Source of the DNA: Nitrosopumilus sp.
GTDB lineage: Archaea; Thermoproteota; Nitrososphaeria; Nitrososphaerales; Nitrosopumilaceae
Assembly (NCBI GenBank): GCA_965206745.1
Contig: OZ242220.1
Span: 64,001-128,000 of the forward strand
Direction: 5' to 3'
Length of the DNA: 64,000 nucleotides
In this document: one piece after another, positions 28,016 to 38,738 of the stretch
Position numbering within the stretch: the first letter of the stretch is position 1
Layout of the letters: every line of letters begins with the position of its first letter
Translations under genes and position numbers: made by a program
Notes under the pieces: model-generated
The model's database searches: none
What the model was told of the DNA's origin: nothing
The model's input: only the letters and a program-made list of their open reading frames with translations

Positions 28016-28876
28016 CTACGCAAATCCCTTTGCAATCCTAACATTTTCAAAATCATCCCTGTCATCGTCAATTGGGGTCTCCAAGATTATGGGAATCTTT
28101 CTTTTGTTGGCAAACTTTACAACAGAGGAGATCCCCTCCTCTCCAATCCCGCCTAGTCCCAGATGGTAGTGCCTGTCAAGATTGCAGCCAAGCTCCCCCC
28201 TGGCATCGTTGAGATGAAGGATCTTCAAATTATCCAGTCCTACATGCTCATCAAACTCTGAAAATGTCTCTTTCACCTTCTCTCTAGTCCTTAAATCATA
28301 TCCTGCAACAAACGCATGACACGTATCTAGGCACACGCCAAACTTTTTTGCAGGTCCTAGCTGCTTGTATATCTCCCCCAGCTGCTTAAAATCAGAACCG
28401 ACTGAATTTTTTTGTCCTGCAGTATTCTCCAACAAAATGACCACGTCGTTTTTTGTTTTGGCAGCTCTTCTCAACCCCTCAACTAGTTTCTTGATGCCTG
28501 CCTCGTCTCCGGTACCCAGGTGGCTACCAAGATGCGTCACAAGATACGGGATTCCCAGCTGTGCGCACCTTTCTGTCTCAGCAATCAAGGTTTTGACAGA
28601 TTTTTCAAACCCGTCCTCCTTTGGTGTTGCAAGATTTGGCAGATATGGCATGTGCGCACATGTTGCAAACCTGTCAATCTTGCTTGCCTTTAGCTTTGCC
28701 TTGAAATTGTCAATGTCCTCTTTGGTAAGCGGCTTTGCGTGCCAGCCCCTTGGATTTCTTGTAAATATCTGAAATGCGGAGCATTTCCTCTCAACTGCAT
28801 TATCGACTGCCTTGTCAATGGAACCTGATATTGAAACATGACATCCTATCTGCATACGCTTATTTTCCCAAAACAT
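28016..28876 (-). CDS. nfo: endonuclease IV (true start probably ATG 28855)
   Basis: IGCHVS, HMPY..NL, LLENTAG, CLDTCH, HLND, DRH, ILETP. Confidence 0.95.
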   Translation of the reverse strand: MFWENKRMQIGCHVSISGSIDKAVDNAVERKCSAFQIFTRNPRGWHAKPLTKEDIDNFKAKLKASKIDRFATCAHMPYLPNLATPKEDGFEKSVKTLIAETERCAQLGIPYLVTHLGSHLGTGDEAGIKKLVEGLRRAAKTKNDVVILLENTAGQKNSVGSDFKQLGEIYKQLGPAKKFGVCLDTCHAFVAGYDLRTREKVKETFSEFDEHVGLDNLKILHLNDARGELGCNLDRHYHLGLGGIGEEGISSVVKFANKRKIPIILETPIDDDRDDFENVRIAKGFA

Positions 28877-28939
28877 AATTTAAACCCGTGTCCAAATTCG
28901 AAAAATCAGATTTTTAAGTGAACTCGGTAAATTACTTTT

Positions 28940-29965
28940 ATGCTGGCACTTGGACAAGATGAGATTGCAAAATATCCGTTCCTGGCAGACGCCGGTGACT
29001 ATCTGAAGGACAAGGGATTTTCCATATATGATTTTGGAACCGATCCCGATCTGAAAATATCAGTGGATAAGGCATATCATAGGATAACAGTGGCCGCAGA
29101 TGGAAAAATTTACAACTCTGATCTGATAGACGGACAAGCATCAAAACCATATGTCCTGGAACGTGAGGTTTTCTCATTTCTTATTGCCATAGTTCTGATA
29201 AAGCTTTCAGGGATGCATACCTTGGTCAAGCGGTTTGCACTGGCAGAGGCTAGAAGAGCCGAGTCCTATCTGAAGAAAGACTTGGGAAGAGCTTCGAACC
29301 CGTCAGAGATTGATCTGTTAAAAAAAATAATTTTTGAGTTATCTGGGATTGAGATAGTCAAGAAGGATGATTTTTTTACAATATCCGTATCTGACTATCT
29401 CAAGCAGTCTGCAACTTTTTTTGAACGGGAGTGGAAACTAATCAATCGGCATGTAGAGGATGGAAAAGTGTTTCTCAACTCTGAAAAAATCGTAAGACTG
29501 CTTCGAAAGGAGATAGGAGTTTACATAAGCTCAAAAATAAACAAGGCGCCAATTCCTGAGATGATTCCGGGATTGGAGACTGAGATCAGCAACTTGATCT
29601 CACTTGCAAAAAAATTCACGCCAGTTTTTGTATCCACCGGGGAGTATCCGCCGTGCATCAAGCATGCAATAGGCGTCCTTGAAAAGGGCGAGAACCTTCC
29701 ACATTCTGGAAGATTCATGCTTGGAACTTTTCTACTGGCAAAGGGCCAATCCATAGAACAGATTGCACCGTTGTTCAAAAATGCACCTGATTACAATGAG
29801 CGCGTTACACTTTACCAGCTAAACAGTTTGGCAGGAACAGGCGGTGGTGGAACCCAGTACTCCTGTCCCTCATGTGAGAAATTACAAACCCAGAGTCTAT
29901 GTTTTGTTACACCTGACTGTGACAATATCATTAATCCCACACAATTTGGAAGGAGGAAAAAATAA
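28940..29965 (+). CDS. priL: DNA primase large subunit
   Basis: KYPFL, PPCIK, NLPHSGRF, PDYNER.T.YQ, CPSC. Confidence 0.92.
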   Translation: MLALGQDEIAKYPFLADAGDYLKDKGFSIYDFGTDPDLKISVDKAYHRITVAADGKIYNSDLIDGQASKPYVLEREVFSFLIAIVLIKLSGMHTLVKRFALAEARRAESYLKKDLGRASNPSEIDLLKKIIFELSGIEIVKKDDFFTISVSDYLKQSATFFEREWKLINRHVEDGKVFLNSEKIVRLLRKEIGVYISSKINKAPIPEMIPGLETEISNLISLAKKFTPVFVSTGEYPPCIKHAIGVLEKGENLPHSGRFMLGTFLLAKGQSIEQIAPLFKNAPDYNERVTLYQLNSLAGTGGGGTQYSCPSCEKLQTQSLCFVTPDCDNIINPTQFGRRKK

Positions 29966-31095
29966 TGCAGGAATCAGATATGCAATTTCTAGAGAACTCA
30001 TTCAAAAAATACTACTTTGATCATTTTGATCAAATCAAGGTCCCGCAAAGGACGTCTGAAAGGGAGTTTGGCTATCAAAAGTTCAATTCGGGAATGATCC
30101 GCCACATATCCCTCAAGGATGACAAAGAGCTGCACCTGATGCTGATGAACAACATTCCATCTGATGTCTACTGTTCTAATGCATACTATACATTTCCCAA
30201 TCTGCCCATGAAGGACAAAGACTGGAAGGAGGCAGATCTCATCTTTGATATTGATGCAAAGGATCTTGACTTGCCATGCAGGAAAAATCACACGGTATCA
30301 ATCTGTAATGAGTGCAGTCAGGTCTCAAAGGACTCTGCACAATGTCCGGGATGTAACTCGACAAAACTGGAAAAAAAATCATTGCCATGCAAAGACTGCA
30401 TTGGCGCATCAAAATCCGAGGTCTCAAAGCTTCTCAAAGTTTTAGTTGATGATCTCGGAGCAGCCCGAGAAGACATCCAAGTATATTTTTCTGGAAATGA
30501 GGGGTTTCATGTTTATGTGTATAACTCACAGTTTCAAGGGATTGGTTCTAGAGAGAGGTCTGATCTGACTGATTATATTTTGTTCAAGGGCATGATTCCT
30601 GAGACATTTGGGATGAACAAACACAAACTTGACAAAAGTTCATTCCCAAACACCGATGAAAAGGGATGGAGGGGAAGATTTGCCAAAAAAGCATTTGGAT
30701 CCAAATCCCAACGCTCCAAGGTGATCTCCCAACTGGCTGGCAATACACAAGACGGCTATCTGACGTTCCAAAAAACTATCCGTGACACATCTGAGGATAT
30801 CGGGGTAAAGATTGATCCTAATGTTACTATGGACATTCATAGAATATTTAGACTGCCAGGCTCCATTAACAGCAAAAGCGGCCTTACAAAAACTCTGTGC
30901 AGTGATTTGACAAAGTTTGATCCCTATGCAGAAGCATCCTTTCTGAGCGATGACGAGGTAAAGGTTTTTGCAAACTCCCCAATAGAGTTCAAGCTGAAAA
31001 ATAAAAAATTTGGGCCATACGTAGATCAAGAGGCGACAGTTCCCACATATGCGGCAGTCTACATGATTTGCAAAAAACTAGCTAGAATAGCTTGA
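29965..31095 (+). CDS. priS: DNA primase small subunit
   Basis: REFG, LIFDIDA, FSGNEGFH, IDPNVT.D..RIFRLPGS. Confidence 0.94.
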   Translation: MQESDMQFLENSFKKYYFDHFDQIKVPQRTSEREFGYQKFNSGMIRHISLKDDKELHLMLMNNIPSDVYCSNAYYTFPNLPMKDKDWKEADLIFDIDAKDLDLPCRKNHTVSICNECSQVSKDSAQCPGCNSTKLEKKSLPCKDCIGASKSEVSKLLKVLVDDLGAAREDIQVYFSGNEGFHVYVYNSQFQGIGSRERSDLTDYILFKGMIPETFGMNKHKLDKSSFPNTDEKGWRGRFAKKAFGSKSQRSKVISQLAGNTQDGYLTFQKTIRDTSEDIGVKIDPNVTMDIHRIFRLPGSINSKSGLTKTLCSDLTKFDPYAEASFLSDDEVKVFANSPIEFKLKNKKFGPYVDQEATVPTYAAVYMICKKLARIA

Positions 31096-31142
31096 TTTTG
31101 CTGGTAAGACATTAATTTACCGAATCTTGAGAAGACATAGTT

Positions 31143-33998
31143 TTGTATAGCGCCACTACTGATAAGCAGACTCCGCCTCCTGATACTGGAAAATACATCA
31201 GATTAATCATCGTTGCAATCATTGGAATAGCAATTTTTGTCATGGTGGGAAAGCAAGCAGTCATTTTATCGATGAACTTTACAGAGTTCGGTGAACAGTT
31301 CACCAAACCCCTCTACTATACGCTTGTCTCTGCCCTAGTTCTGTCTGCCATTGCCCTGGTTCGAGTCAATGTTGGAAGAAGGTCCTCAATTTTCTGGTAT
31401 AGCATCAGCACTGGAATTAAATTTCTAGGTGGCGGTGGGCAGCAGCCAATCTCAAACACATTGGCAAGTTTTAGAGATCATAAATTATCTGCGCCACAGT
31501 TCATAATCTGGCAGATTACCAAGATCTTGCTTTTTGGGGCCTTCTTTGCAAACATCATGTTTGGATTTGCGGCAGTCTCGTTTATTGACGGAAACACCCT
31601 GGGAGTTGAAAATCTTCCATCGTTGTTTACCCTGCCCTTTGTAACTCCAGACACCGATCCAAACTATGCAGTAGAACATGTCGTTCCAATGATCCCCGCT
31701 TTGGTAATACTGATTCCGCCATTACTTGCAGCAACAGGCATTCGTCTAGTCCTGTATGTCGGAATACATAGAATAATCAACGTCATCACGTCTTTTATAA
31801 AAGACTCCAATGAGGGCAAACCAAGATATCTGAACTACGTTTCAACCATCGAGGGAATACTAGGCATCGGAGTAATATGGGTAGGGTTTAACCTATTTTT
31901 CACAGATCAGATTGACTACAATACGCGGTATGTAATCGGTGGCATACTGATCATTGGTTTTGCATTAATAGCATTTTCAGCTGTTGACAGAATCAGGGCC
32001 CGCGTACTAACTCACATGTTTAAGAGAGATGTATACATTAGATTCTTAACAATTCTTGCAATTACAGTCATTGTAGTGGGGGTTGTCTTGGTTAATGACA
32101 GTATTGCAGATTCAAAAAAGATTGAATTTTTAGGACCGTACACTGCTCAGCAAATCGGCGTAAATCGCCACCTTGGAGAGTTAAATAACATACAAGAGAA
32201 CATCCACGACGTCAAGCTTACATCCGTCTCTGCAAACAATATCGATAATTATGTAAAACAAAATAGTGACGTTCTTGATGTAATCCGAATCTGGGATTGG
32301 GAAGCATCTAGTACCAAATTAACGCCTGAAATCGGGCTAATCCCATATGTAAAATTTGGAGATAATGATGTTCTTCGCTTTAACGATACTCTGTACTGGA
32401 CGGCTTCCATGGAACCTATCACACCTCCTACTGTTAGTGATGAAAATAAATGGTACAATGAACATCTTGTTGTCACTCACGTTCCAAATGGATTTCTAAC
32501 CATCGAGGCAACTGATGGTCAGATCATAGATAGCAGTGAATTTTTCCAACAAAGGGAGATCTACTACGGTGAGGGTGGCCTCTTTGCAGAAAAATGGTCT
32601 GCCTATCCTAATTCTAGGGGTTCAGAAAGTGACGAAGTTGCAGACGGATACTATACTGGTCAGGGCGGATTGGATGTCTCACCGCCCCTAAGTTGGGCAT
32701 TTGAGCCAAACTTTTTACTTTCATTTCCTACCGAATCCGTTCACATCATGAGGTACAAAGACATTCATGACAGAATGGAAACCCTGTATCCCTATTTCCT
32801 ATACAACTTGTTTGGAAAAGAACTAGATTCAATTCCTGTAACTGACGGAGAAAAATCCTATTGGCTGATTCCCCTAATCATTGGATTTGATACAGGTGAT
32901 GTTCCTTGGTCTATGAGTAACCACTACCTACGTTTGGTAGGCTATGCCCTTGTTGATGCGTACGACGGTGATATTCAATTGCTAAAGACAGGAGATGATT
33001 TCTTTTCAGAAATGTTTGCCAGTCAATACTCTGAACAATTCAAACCAATGCCATCTTGGTTAGAGGAACAGATCAGATACCCAGTAGAACTATTCAAGTG
33101 GAAGACACAGATGTATAATATTTACCATGTAACTAATGTTGAGACCTTTATCCAAGCCAACGAATTTTATGAGATTCCAGCAGGTCTTGACACCTACTAT
33201 GTCCAATCAAAACCGCCTGGTTTTGAGCAGACTGAATTTGTAGGACTGCTTTCCTTGGAATTAAAGGGTTCTAAAAGCCGAAATCTTGCAGGATTCATGA
33301 TAGTTGAAAACGATCTCTCCAATCTAGGCGACATACAATTCTACGAGGTCCCATTAAACTCTACAACAAAATTAATTGGTCCTACTGCAGTCAAGGAGGC
33401 ACTTGAGAAAGATCCGGAATTTGCTCAATTGAAAACCCTGCTGAAAAATACAAGAGTCGGAGACAACATACTGTATCGAGTAGGTGATCACGATGTCTAC
33501 TTTATTTCAGTATATACTTCAGGTGCAACCGGCGTGGTTGCACAATTAGGAACCATTGCTGCAGTAGGGGCCGCATTTAACGGTGAGTATTTTGTCGGGT
33601 TGGGCGAAACCCAAGAAGAGGCATTTGAAGCTTACCTGAAAAAAGTTTCCGGCGTGGCATCAACTACGACTGTCATTGATGCTGATTATATCGAGCTAGA
33701 CAAAAACGATAGAGTTGAAATTATAAAATCAGTATTTGCAACAAATGACATTTCTGTATCTGAGCCAACATCCATTCAGATTCCACTGTCATTTAATGAA
33801 GGAGAACTCTTCTTCTTTACTGAAAATGACCGCGTACCCACCGAAGAATTCCTGTCTACATTCATAGATGACTTTGTAAAACCACATAGTAAGAGGGTAC
33901 TCATATGGGAAGAAGGCATCATTCTCAACATTGGAACTGTATCTGTAACAGATGGACTTCCCGAGATACATTACGTATCAATTGAGGTAGGCAACTAA
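31143..33998 (+). CDS. UPF0182 family membrane protein
   Basis: N-terminal multi-TM region; IRIWDW, WYNEHL..TH, IYYGE, DAYDG, QIRYP. Confidence 0.85.
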   Translation: MYSATTDKQTPPPDTGKYIRLIIVAIIGIAIFVMVGKQAVILSMNFTEFGEQFTKPLYYTLVSALVLSAIALVRVNVGRRSSIFWYSISTGIKFLGGGGQQPISNTLASFRDHKLSAPQFIIWQITKILLFGAFFANIMFGFAAVSFIDGNTLGVENLPSLFTLPFVTPDTDPNYAVEHVVPMIPALVILIPPLLAATGIRLVLYVGIHRIINVITSFIKDSNEGKPRYLNYVSTIEGILGIGVIWVGFNLFFTDQIDYNTRYVIGGILIIGFALIAFSAVDRIRARVLTHMFKRDVYIRFLTILAITVIVVGVVLVNDSIADSKKIEFLGPYTAQQIGVNRHLGELNNIQENIHDVKLTSVSANNIDNYVKQNSDVLDVIRIWDWEASSTKLTPEIGLIPYVKFGDNDVLRFNDTLYWTASMEPITPPTVSDENKWYNEHLVVTHVPNGFLTIEATDGQIIDSSEFFQQREIYYGEGGLFAEKWSAYPNSRGSESDEVADGYYTGQGGLDVSPPLSWAFEPNFLLSFPTESVHIMRYKDIHDRMETLYPYFLYNLFGKELDSIPVTDGEKSYWLIPLIIGFDTGDVPWSMSNHYLRLVGYALVDAYDGDIQLLKTGDDFFSEMFASQYSEQFKPMPSWLEEQIRYPVELFKWKTQMYNIYHVTNVETFIQANEFYEIPAGLDTYYVQSKPPGFEQTEFVGLLSLELKGSKSRNLAGFMIVENDLSNLGDIQFYEVPLNSTTKLIGPTAVKEALEKDPEFAQLKTLLKNTRVGDNILYRVGDHDVYFISVYTSGATGVVAQLGTIAAVGAAFNGEYFVGLGETQEEAFEAYLKKVSGVASTTTVIDADYIELDKNDRVEIIKSVFATNDISVSEPTSIQIPLSFNEGELFFFTENDRVPTEEFLSTFIDDFVKPHSKRVLIWEEGIILNIGTVSVTDGLPEIHYVSIEVGN

Positions 33999-34541
33999 TT
34001 GCTTCTTGTTGTTGACAACGGTTCTATTTACACAAAACAGTTGACTGGTTTTTTAAACGAGAAAGAGATCCCATTTGAAAAACAGCCACCGCAACTCCTG
34101 AACCTTGACTCGCTTCCAAATTATAGCTCCTTCATTCTTTCCGGACGTAGGAAAAATGAAAAAAGGATCAACAAAGTCAATTCAAAAATCATCATGCACT
34201 GCATCAAAAATAATGATAAACTGCTTGGAATCTGCTATGGTGCGGAAATTTTGGCACTCACTCTGGGTGGCACAATTCGGAAAACCCCCTCATTGCAGAA
34301 GGGGGATGAGCTAATCCAAGTCATCGGCGATAATCCCCTCTGTGATAGTTCCCTGCAGGTATTTGAAAGTCATGGTTTTGAGATATCCAAACTGCCTGAT
34401 ACCCTAACTCCCATTGCAAAGTCAAAGAATTGCAAATATGAGATTGTCCAATATGAAAAAAGACTAATTTTTGGAACTCAGTTTCATCCGGAGATGAGTC
34501 CTGATGGTAATGATCTAATTGAAAAATTCTGCCTGCTCTGA
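33999..34541 (+). CDS. class I glutamine amidotransferase (GuaA-A-like, standalone)
   Basis: VDNGS.YT, ILSG, LGICYG, GTQFHPE. Confidence 0.88.
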   Translation: MLLVVDNGSIYTKQLTGFLNEKEIPFEKQPPQLLNLDSLPNYSSFILSGRRKNEKRINKVNSKIIMHCIKNNDKLLGICYGAEILALTLGGTIRKTPSLQKGDELIQVIGDNPLCDSSLQVFESHGFEISKLPDTLTPIAKSKNCKYEIVQYEKRLIFGTQFHPEMSPDGNDLIEKFCLL

Positions 34542-34575
34542 TTGATTTTAATAACTCTCAAAATTTCCCTCTCAC

Positions 34576-35538
34576 ATGGATCAAGAGGATCATCAATTAC
34601 TTTTACCCCTAGTTAAAGATGAAAACATCTGCCTGCCCTTGCCAATCAACGTGGTATCAAGGTACTGGAATGTTGATCTGCCTATGGCAGAAGCCCTTGA
34701 ATCTGCAAAAAAATACTCTGGATTTGATGGCAGTATACTGATTGAGGGAATAGAGACTGCAGAGAGACACGGCCTAACCTGCAAGGTGGTCAACTCTTCT
34801 TTAATCGAGTTAAAAAAAATCATTGACTTGGGAATTCCGCCGATTGTAATCCTTCCCGGAATTCCTGAAATCACACAGCATGCCTCTGTAATTACCGGTT
34901 TTGACGAAGAGGAAGAAACGATCTTGCATTATATCCAGAATGATAATCAAAAGGGGGAACAACAGGAGGGGGCAATACCCCAAAGTATCTTTGAGAAAGA
35001 ATGGTCTGAGGAGGGAAGACTGTTGATCATTTTGGCGCCTTTTGATATTTTATCCTCGATAACACTGGAAAATGACTCTAGTGATAAACCAAACAGACTG
35101 TGTCTGGTTTCTGAAAAAGAAAACATCTTAAAAAATACCCCCCAAGCTCTTGAATCACTAAAGCAAGCTATGGAACTAGATGAAGACAACCCGACTGCCT
35201 TGAACCTATTTGGTGCGATGCTCAACGCCCAAAATTCCCCTGATTGTATAAAATACTATGAAAAATGTTTGCAAATCAACAAAAAATCATATCTGACCTA
35301 TAATGGCATGGGAAATTTTTATCTCAAAACCGACCAGTTTGAAAAGGCGGAAAGTTACTACACAAAGGCCATTGAAATTAACCCAAAGCGTTCTGCAAAA
35401 ATATACAAAAACCGTGCTTATCTTAGAGAGAAACAAAATAGGAATGCAGAAGCAAAAGACGATCTCAAAAACTATTTGAAACATCATCCCAGGGCTCCCG
35501 ACAGGGGGGTAATAGAACAGGCAATCAGGGAGTTATGA
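34576..35538 (+). CDS. C39-peptidase-like domain plus TPR repeats
   Basis: N-terminal ICLP...QHASVITGFD; C-terminal TPRs (AESYYTKAIEINP). Confidence 0.75.
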   Translation: MDQEDHQLLLPLVKDENICLPLPINVVSRYWNVDLPMAEALESAKKYSGFDGSILIEGIETAERHGLTCKVVNSSLIELKKIIDLGIPPIVILPGIPEITQHASVITGFDEEEETILHYIQNDNQKGEQQEGAIPQSIFEKEWSEEGRLLIILAPFDILSSITLENDSSDKPNRLCLVSEKENILKNTPQALESLKQAMELDEDNPTALNLFGAMLNAQNSPDCIKYYEKCLQINKKSYLTYNGMGNFYLKTDQFEKAESYYTKAIEINPKRSAKIYKNRAYLREKQNRNAEAKDDLKNYLKHHPRAPDRGVIEQAIREL

Positions 35539-35612
35539 TGCGGAGTGCGGGATTTGAACCCGCGGCCTTCAGCTTGGGAAGCTGACGTCATACCAGACTA
35601 AACTAACTCCGC
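35539..35612 (-). tRNA. tRNA-Gly(CCC)
   Basis: GCGGAGT acceptor stem, TCAGC-TTCCCAA-GCTGA anticodon arm, GGTTCAAATCC T arm. Confidence 0.95.
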
Positions 35613-35858
35613 TCGCGCAGATCTTAGATCATCTTACTAAAAACGATTTTTCTCTTACTGAATTTGACAAACAATGATCGGGTAAAAAGGAAAGTTTAGT
35701 GTACTATCCACAAAACTTGGAATTTATACAGATTTTAGGCATAAAAGATGAGGAATTTAAAGATAAACCATGTAAAAAAAGAGGATCTTTTGAAAAGATC
35801 GCCGGAAATATGATCAGTTTACAAATAATGGGTGATTACACAGAACCGTATTCATTGA

Positions 35859-36542
35859 CTATTGGAACAAATCCGGCATTCTAACATTTGATGGAAGAAA
35901 TTCCAGAATGTCTAAAGGATCATCAAGCTCTATTGCACCGTATTTTATCATCTCTTCGGGCCACTCTAATTTTGGATCATGTACTGCTGATTTGCATATG
36001 AACAGCGGTCTTCCCAGCCTCAGCGACTCCCATCCTTGATATAATGTCCCACTCCCTTCCCCTGCCTCTATAATTACAGAAGCATCAGAAATTAACGCCA
36101 TTGTATGATTTCGCAGGACAAAATTTTTTTTCGTAGTTGGATATCCGACGGGATACTGAGAAATAATCAGATTGCTCTCCATCATCTTTTCCTGTAATTT
36201 GGCATTCTCTTTTGGATATACTTTGTTTAATGGCGTTCCAATAATGGCAACGGTCCTGCCACCATTATTGATGGCGGTTTTATGTCCAACTGTGTCAATC
36301 CCTTTTGCAAGTCCGCCCACAATGATGACATTATTTTCTACGAGAATTTTTGTAACATGCTCTGCTGCAGAAATTCCCTCTTTTGTTGGCTCTCTTGTAC
36401 CAATCACCGAAACTCTGGGACACGGTAATGGAATCTGCATCGGTCCTACACAATAGATTGTTTCTGGAGCATGTTTTTCCTCAATGTCATTTAATGAATG
36501 CCCTAACAAAGTTTTCAAATCCATGGATTGGTATTCTGTCAT
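35859..36542 (-). CDS. dprA: DprA/Smf (SLOG-fold) DNA-processing protein
   Basis: VSVIGTR, VGGLAKGID..GH, VYPKEN, NFVLRN, IEAGEGSGT. Confidence 0.88.
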   Translation of the reverse strand: MTEYQSMDLKTLLGHSLNDIEEKHAPETIYCVGPMQIPLPCPRVSVIGTREPTKEGISAAEHVTKILVENNVIIVGGLAKGIDTVGHKTAINNGGRTVAIIGTPLNKVYPKENAKLQEKMMESNLIISQYPVGYPTTKKNFVLRNHTMALISDASVIIEAGEGSGTLYQGWESLRLGRPLFICKSAVHDPKLEWPEEMIKYGAIELDDPLDILEFLPSNVRMPDLFQ

Positions 36543-36739
36543 TCTCTTTCACATCTATTACAACCTGATATCTTTAAAACTTTCATGATGATGTCATCTA
36601 TACCTTTAGTTGTACGTGAATCAACACTGTCGAAAATATTTTTGTTCCCAGTTTTTTTGAATATATGATCTCGTACTGGTCTCTGGGTTATTACATAATT
36701 ATAGAGTTGGAAAGTCTTTTGGCATGGTCAGTTGCAGTA

Positions 36740-37276
36740 CTAGTTGACAGTAATCTCTATCTCACTGGAGCTGTTTTTGACGCTTCCAGTCTCTGTAAAG
36801 TCATGCTTTTGCCAGGATGCAAAAGCTTCTGCCCCAATCTTGTGTCTGCCTTTTCCCAAATCCGATGCTTTGAACACAAATTTTTCATCAAAGTCAAACA
36901 GTTCCTCCCTGACTTCCTCCTCTGTCAATCTGATAAATGGCTCAAAGTTCTTGGCTATCTGCACCCAAATTCGCCTATCCTTCATCGGATTGACCAGTTT
37001 TGGGTTTCTTGTCCAGAATATTGATACCTTCCTGTAAGTGTCAACGGTTCTCCCCAACTCTTTCTTTCTTAATCCCCCAGTTGTCAATTTTGTACCGTAT
37101 TTCAACTTGAATGAGACATCGTTGTTGTTGTACGCTCTAGTCCAATTGGCCTCATTGAAGGCATTTCTGAGGTCCCCCTCAACTGAAAACTGGACATTTA
37201 TCTCAATATTCTCATCAGGCGCGTATTCATCCTTGGACTTTGCCAATTTTATTGCTGAAATCTTACTTTCTCCCAT
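36740..37276 (-). CDS. hypothetical protein
   Basis: 178-aa ORF with host-like codon usage; TATA upstream. Confidence 0.7.
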   Translation of the reverse strand: MGESKISAIKLAKSKDEYAPDENIEINVQFSVEGDLRNAFNEANWTRAYNNNDVSFKLKYGTKLTTGGLRKKELGRTVDTYRKVSIFWTRNPKLVNPMKDRRIWVQIAKNFEPFIRLTEEEVREELFDFDEKFVFKASDLGKGRHKIGAEAFASWQKHDFTETGSVKNSSSEIEITVN

Positions 37277-37326
37277 ATCCTTCTCATAATGATTTATATC
37301 CGCAATAAGTGCTTTTTCTGAATAAC

Positions 37327-37605
37327 ATGAACGCAGAAGTACTCAGTTCTGGCTCCAAAGAAATCAGCCTTTCAATCACTGAAACTGATATAGGGATTTT
37401 ATACATAATTCAGCATGAATTGCTAAAAGCATCAACCATTGACTTTGCAGGCGTTATTGTAAAGCACCCTCTAACCAATGAGTGTTGGATGAGAGTCAAT
37501 TCTAGCTCAAAACCGCTAGGTGAAATTAAAAAAGCAACAGAATCAGCAGGAAAAATGGCTCAAGAGTTTAATCAACTATTTCATTCCCAAATCAAGGTAA
37601 ATTAG
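37327..37605 (+). CDS. rpoL: RNA polymerase subunit Rpo11/RpoL-like
   Basis: FAGVIVKHPL motif; lies upstream of TFS and PCNA. Confidence 0.75.
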   Translation: MNAEVLSSGSKEISLSITETDIGILYIIQHELLKASTIDFAGVIVKHPLTNECWMRVNSSSKPLGEIKKATESAGKMAQEFNQLFHSQIKVN

Positions 37606-37606
37606 A

Positions 37607-37921
37607 TTGAAGTTTTGCCCCAAATGTGAGGTCAAATTAAAAAACAGTGATTCGGGCCTCCAATGTTCCAAATGCGGTTACACTGAAGGCGGACAGGCAA
37701 AAACAAAAAAGGTTGCTGCCGAAGAGGAACCAGATTTCTCCCTGCTTGCTTTTGAGGGGGACGAGGGAGAGGAATCCCTGCCAACAACAAAGATAGATTG
37801 TGAAAAATGCGGACACGACGAAGCAGTGGGATGGATGTTCCAAACAAGGAGTGCAGATGAGCCCACAACTAGATTCTATCGGTGCTTGAAATGCAAGCAT
37901 ACTTGGCGGGACTATACATAA
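37607..37921 (+). CDS. tfs: transcription elongation factor TFS
   Basis: MKFCPKC, QTRSADEP.TRFYRC..C.H.WR. Confidence 0.93.
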   Translation: MKFCPKCEVKLKNSDSGLQCSKCGYTEGGQAKTKKVAAEEEPDFSLLAFEGDEGEESLPTTKIDCEKCGHDEAVGWMFQTRSADEPTTRFYRCLKCKHTWRDYT

Positions 37922-37956
37922 AGATTTAACTGGAACATAAAGACAGGAAAATTGAT

Positions 37957-38703
37957 TTGACTTTTGGGGCAAAAACTAGCGGATCAGATGATCTAAAGGC
38001 CATCATCTCTGCAATATCCACACTTGTTGAGGAGGCAACTTTTGTTGCAACGGCAGAAGGAATTACTTTTAGGGGGATGGATCCGTCACACGTAGCTCTT
38101 ATTGATATCTCATGGCCCAACTCTGCATTTGAAAAATATGAGTGTGACAGCGATGTCAAGTTTGGAGTAAGGATTGACGAGTTCTCCAAGGTTATCAAGA
38201 GGGCAGACAAAAAAGACAGCATAGAGATCGGCATTTCTGAACAAAACATGCTGCTTGTAACGGTTGGAAAAAATAAAAAATACAAGATGCGACTGATTGA
38301 AAGTTCTGCAACTGATACCCCGTTACCAAAGATACCGTATGATTCAAAGATCGTCCTGACCTCCTCAAAGTTTGACAAGATTCTCGGCGACGTCCAGGTT
38401 GTATCTGACTATCTTACAATACAGACATCTGACTCAAAGGGGGACTTTTCTGGAAAAGGTGATTCCGGAGAGGTTGTAATTGAACTGGAAAAGGATGACA
38501 AAGAGATTGAGGAGATTTCCTCAAAGGAGGACAGTGTTGGCACGTACAGCCTTGAATATCTAAACCCCGTAGTCAAGGCAGTCGGCTCCAACGTAGGCTC
38601 GATTACATGCGAATTTTCAAGCGCAAAACCTCTCAGAGTCGAATTCAAGGTGGCAAATATTGGCAGAATCCACTTTTATCTGGCTCCACGCGTGGAAAGT
38701 TAA
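37957..38703 (+). CDS. pcn: DNA polymerase sliding clamp PCNA
   Basis: MDPSHVAL, YSLEYL, FYLAPR. Confidence 0.96.
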   Translation: MTFGAKTSGSDDLKAIISAISTLVEEATFVATAEGITFRGMDPSHVALIDISWPNSAFEKYECDSDVKFGVRIDEFSKVIKRADKKDSIEIGISEQNMLLVTVGKNKKYKMRLIESSATDTPLPKIPYDSKIVLTSSKFDKILGDVQVVSDYLTIQTSDSKGDFSGKGDSGEVVIELEKDDKEIEEISSKEDSVGTYSLEYLNPVVKAVGSNVGSITCEFSSAKPLRVEFKVANIGRIHFYLAPRVES

Positions 38704-38738
38704 AGCATTTAAAGATTAACTAGTTCAGTTACTTTGAA

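Noticed and set aside
35699-35884. 61-aa ORF between tRNA-Gly and dprA
   Set aside because: GTG start, overlaps the dprA end, no motif; insufficient support
3257-36542. DprA-PRTase defence pair formed by the PRTase at 3257 and dprA at 35859
   Set aside because: They are about 32 kb apart in separate loci, and the PRTase is OPRT-like
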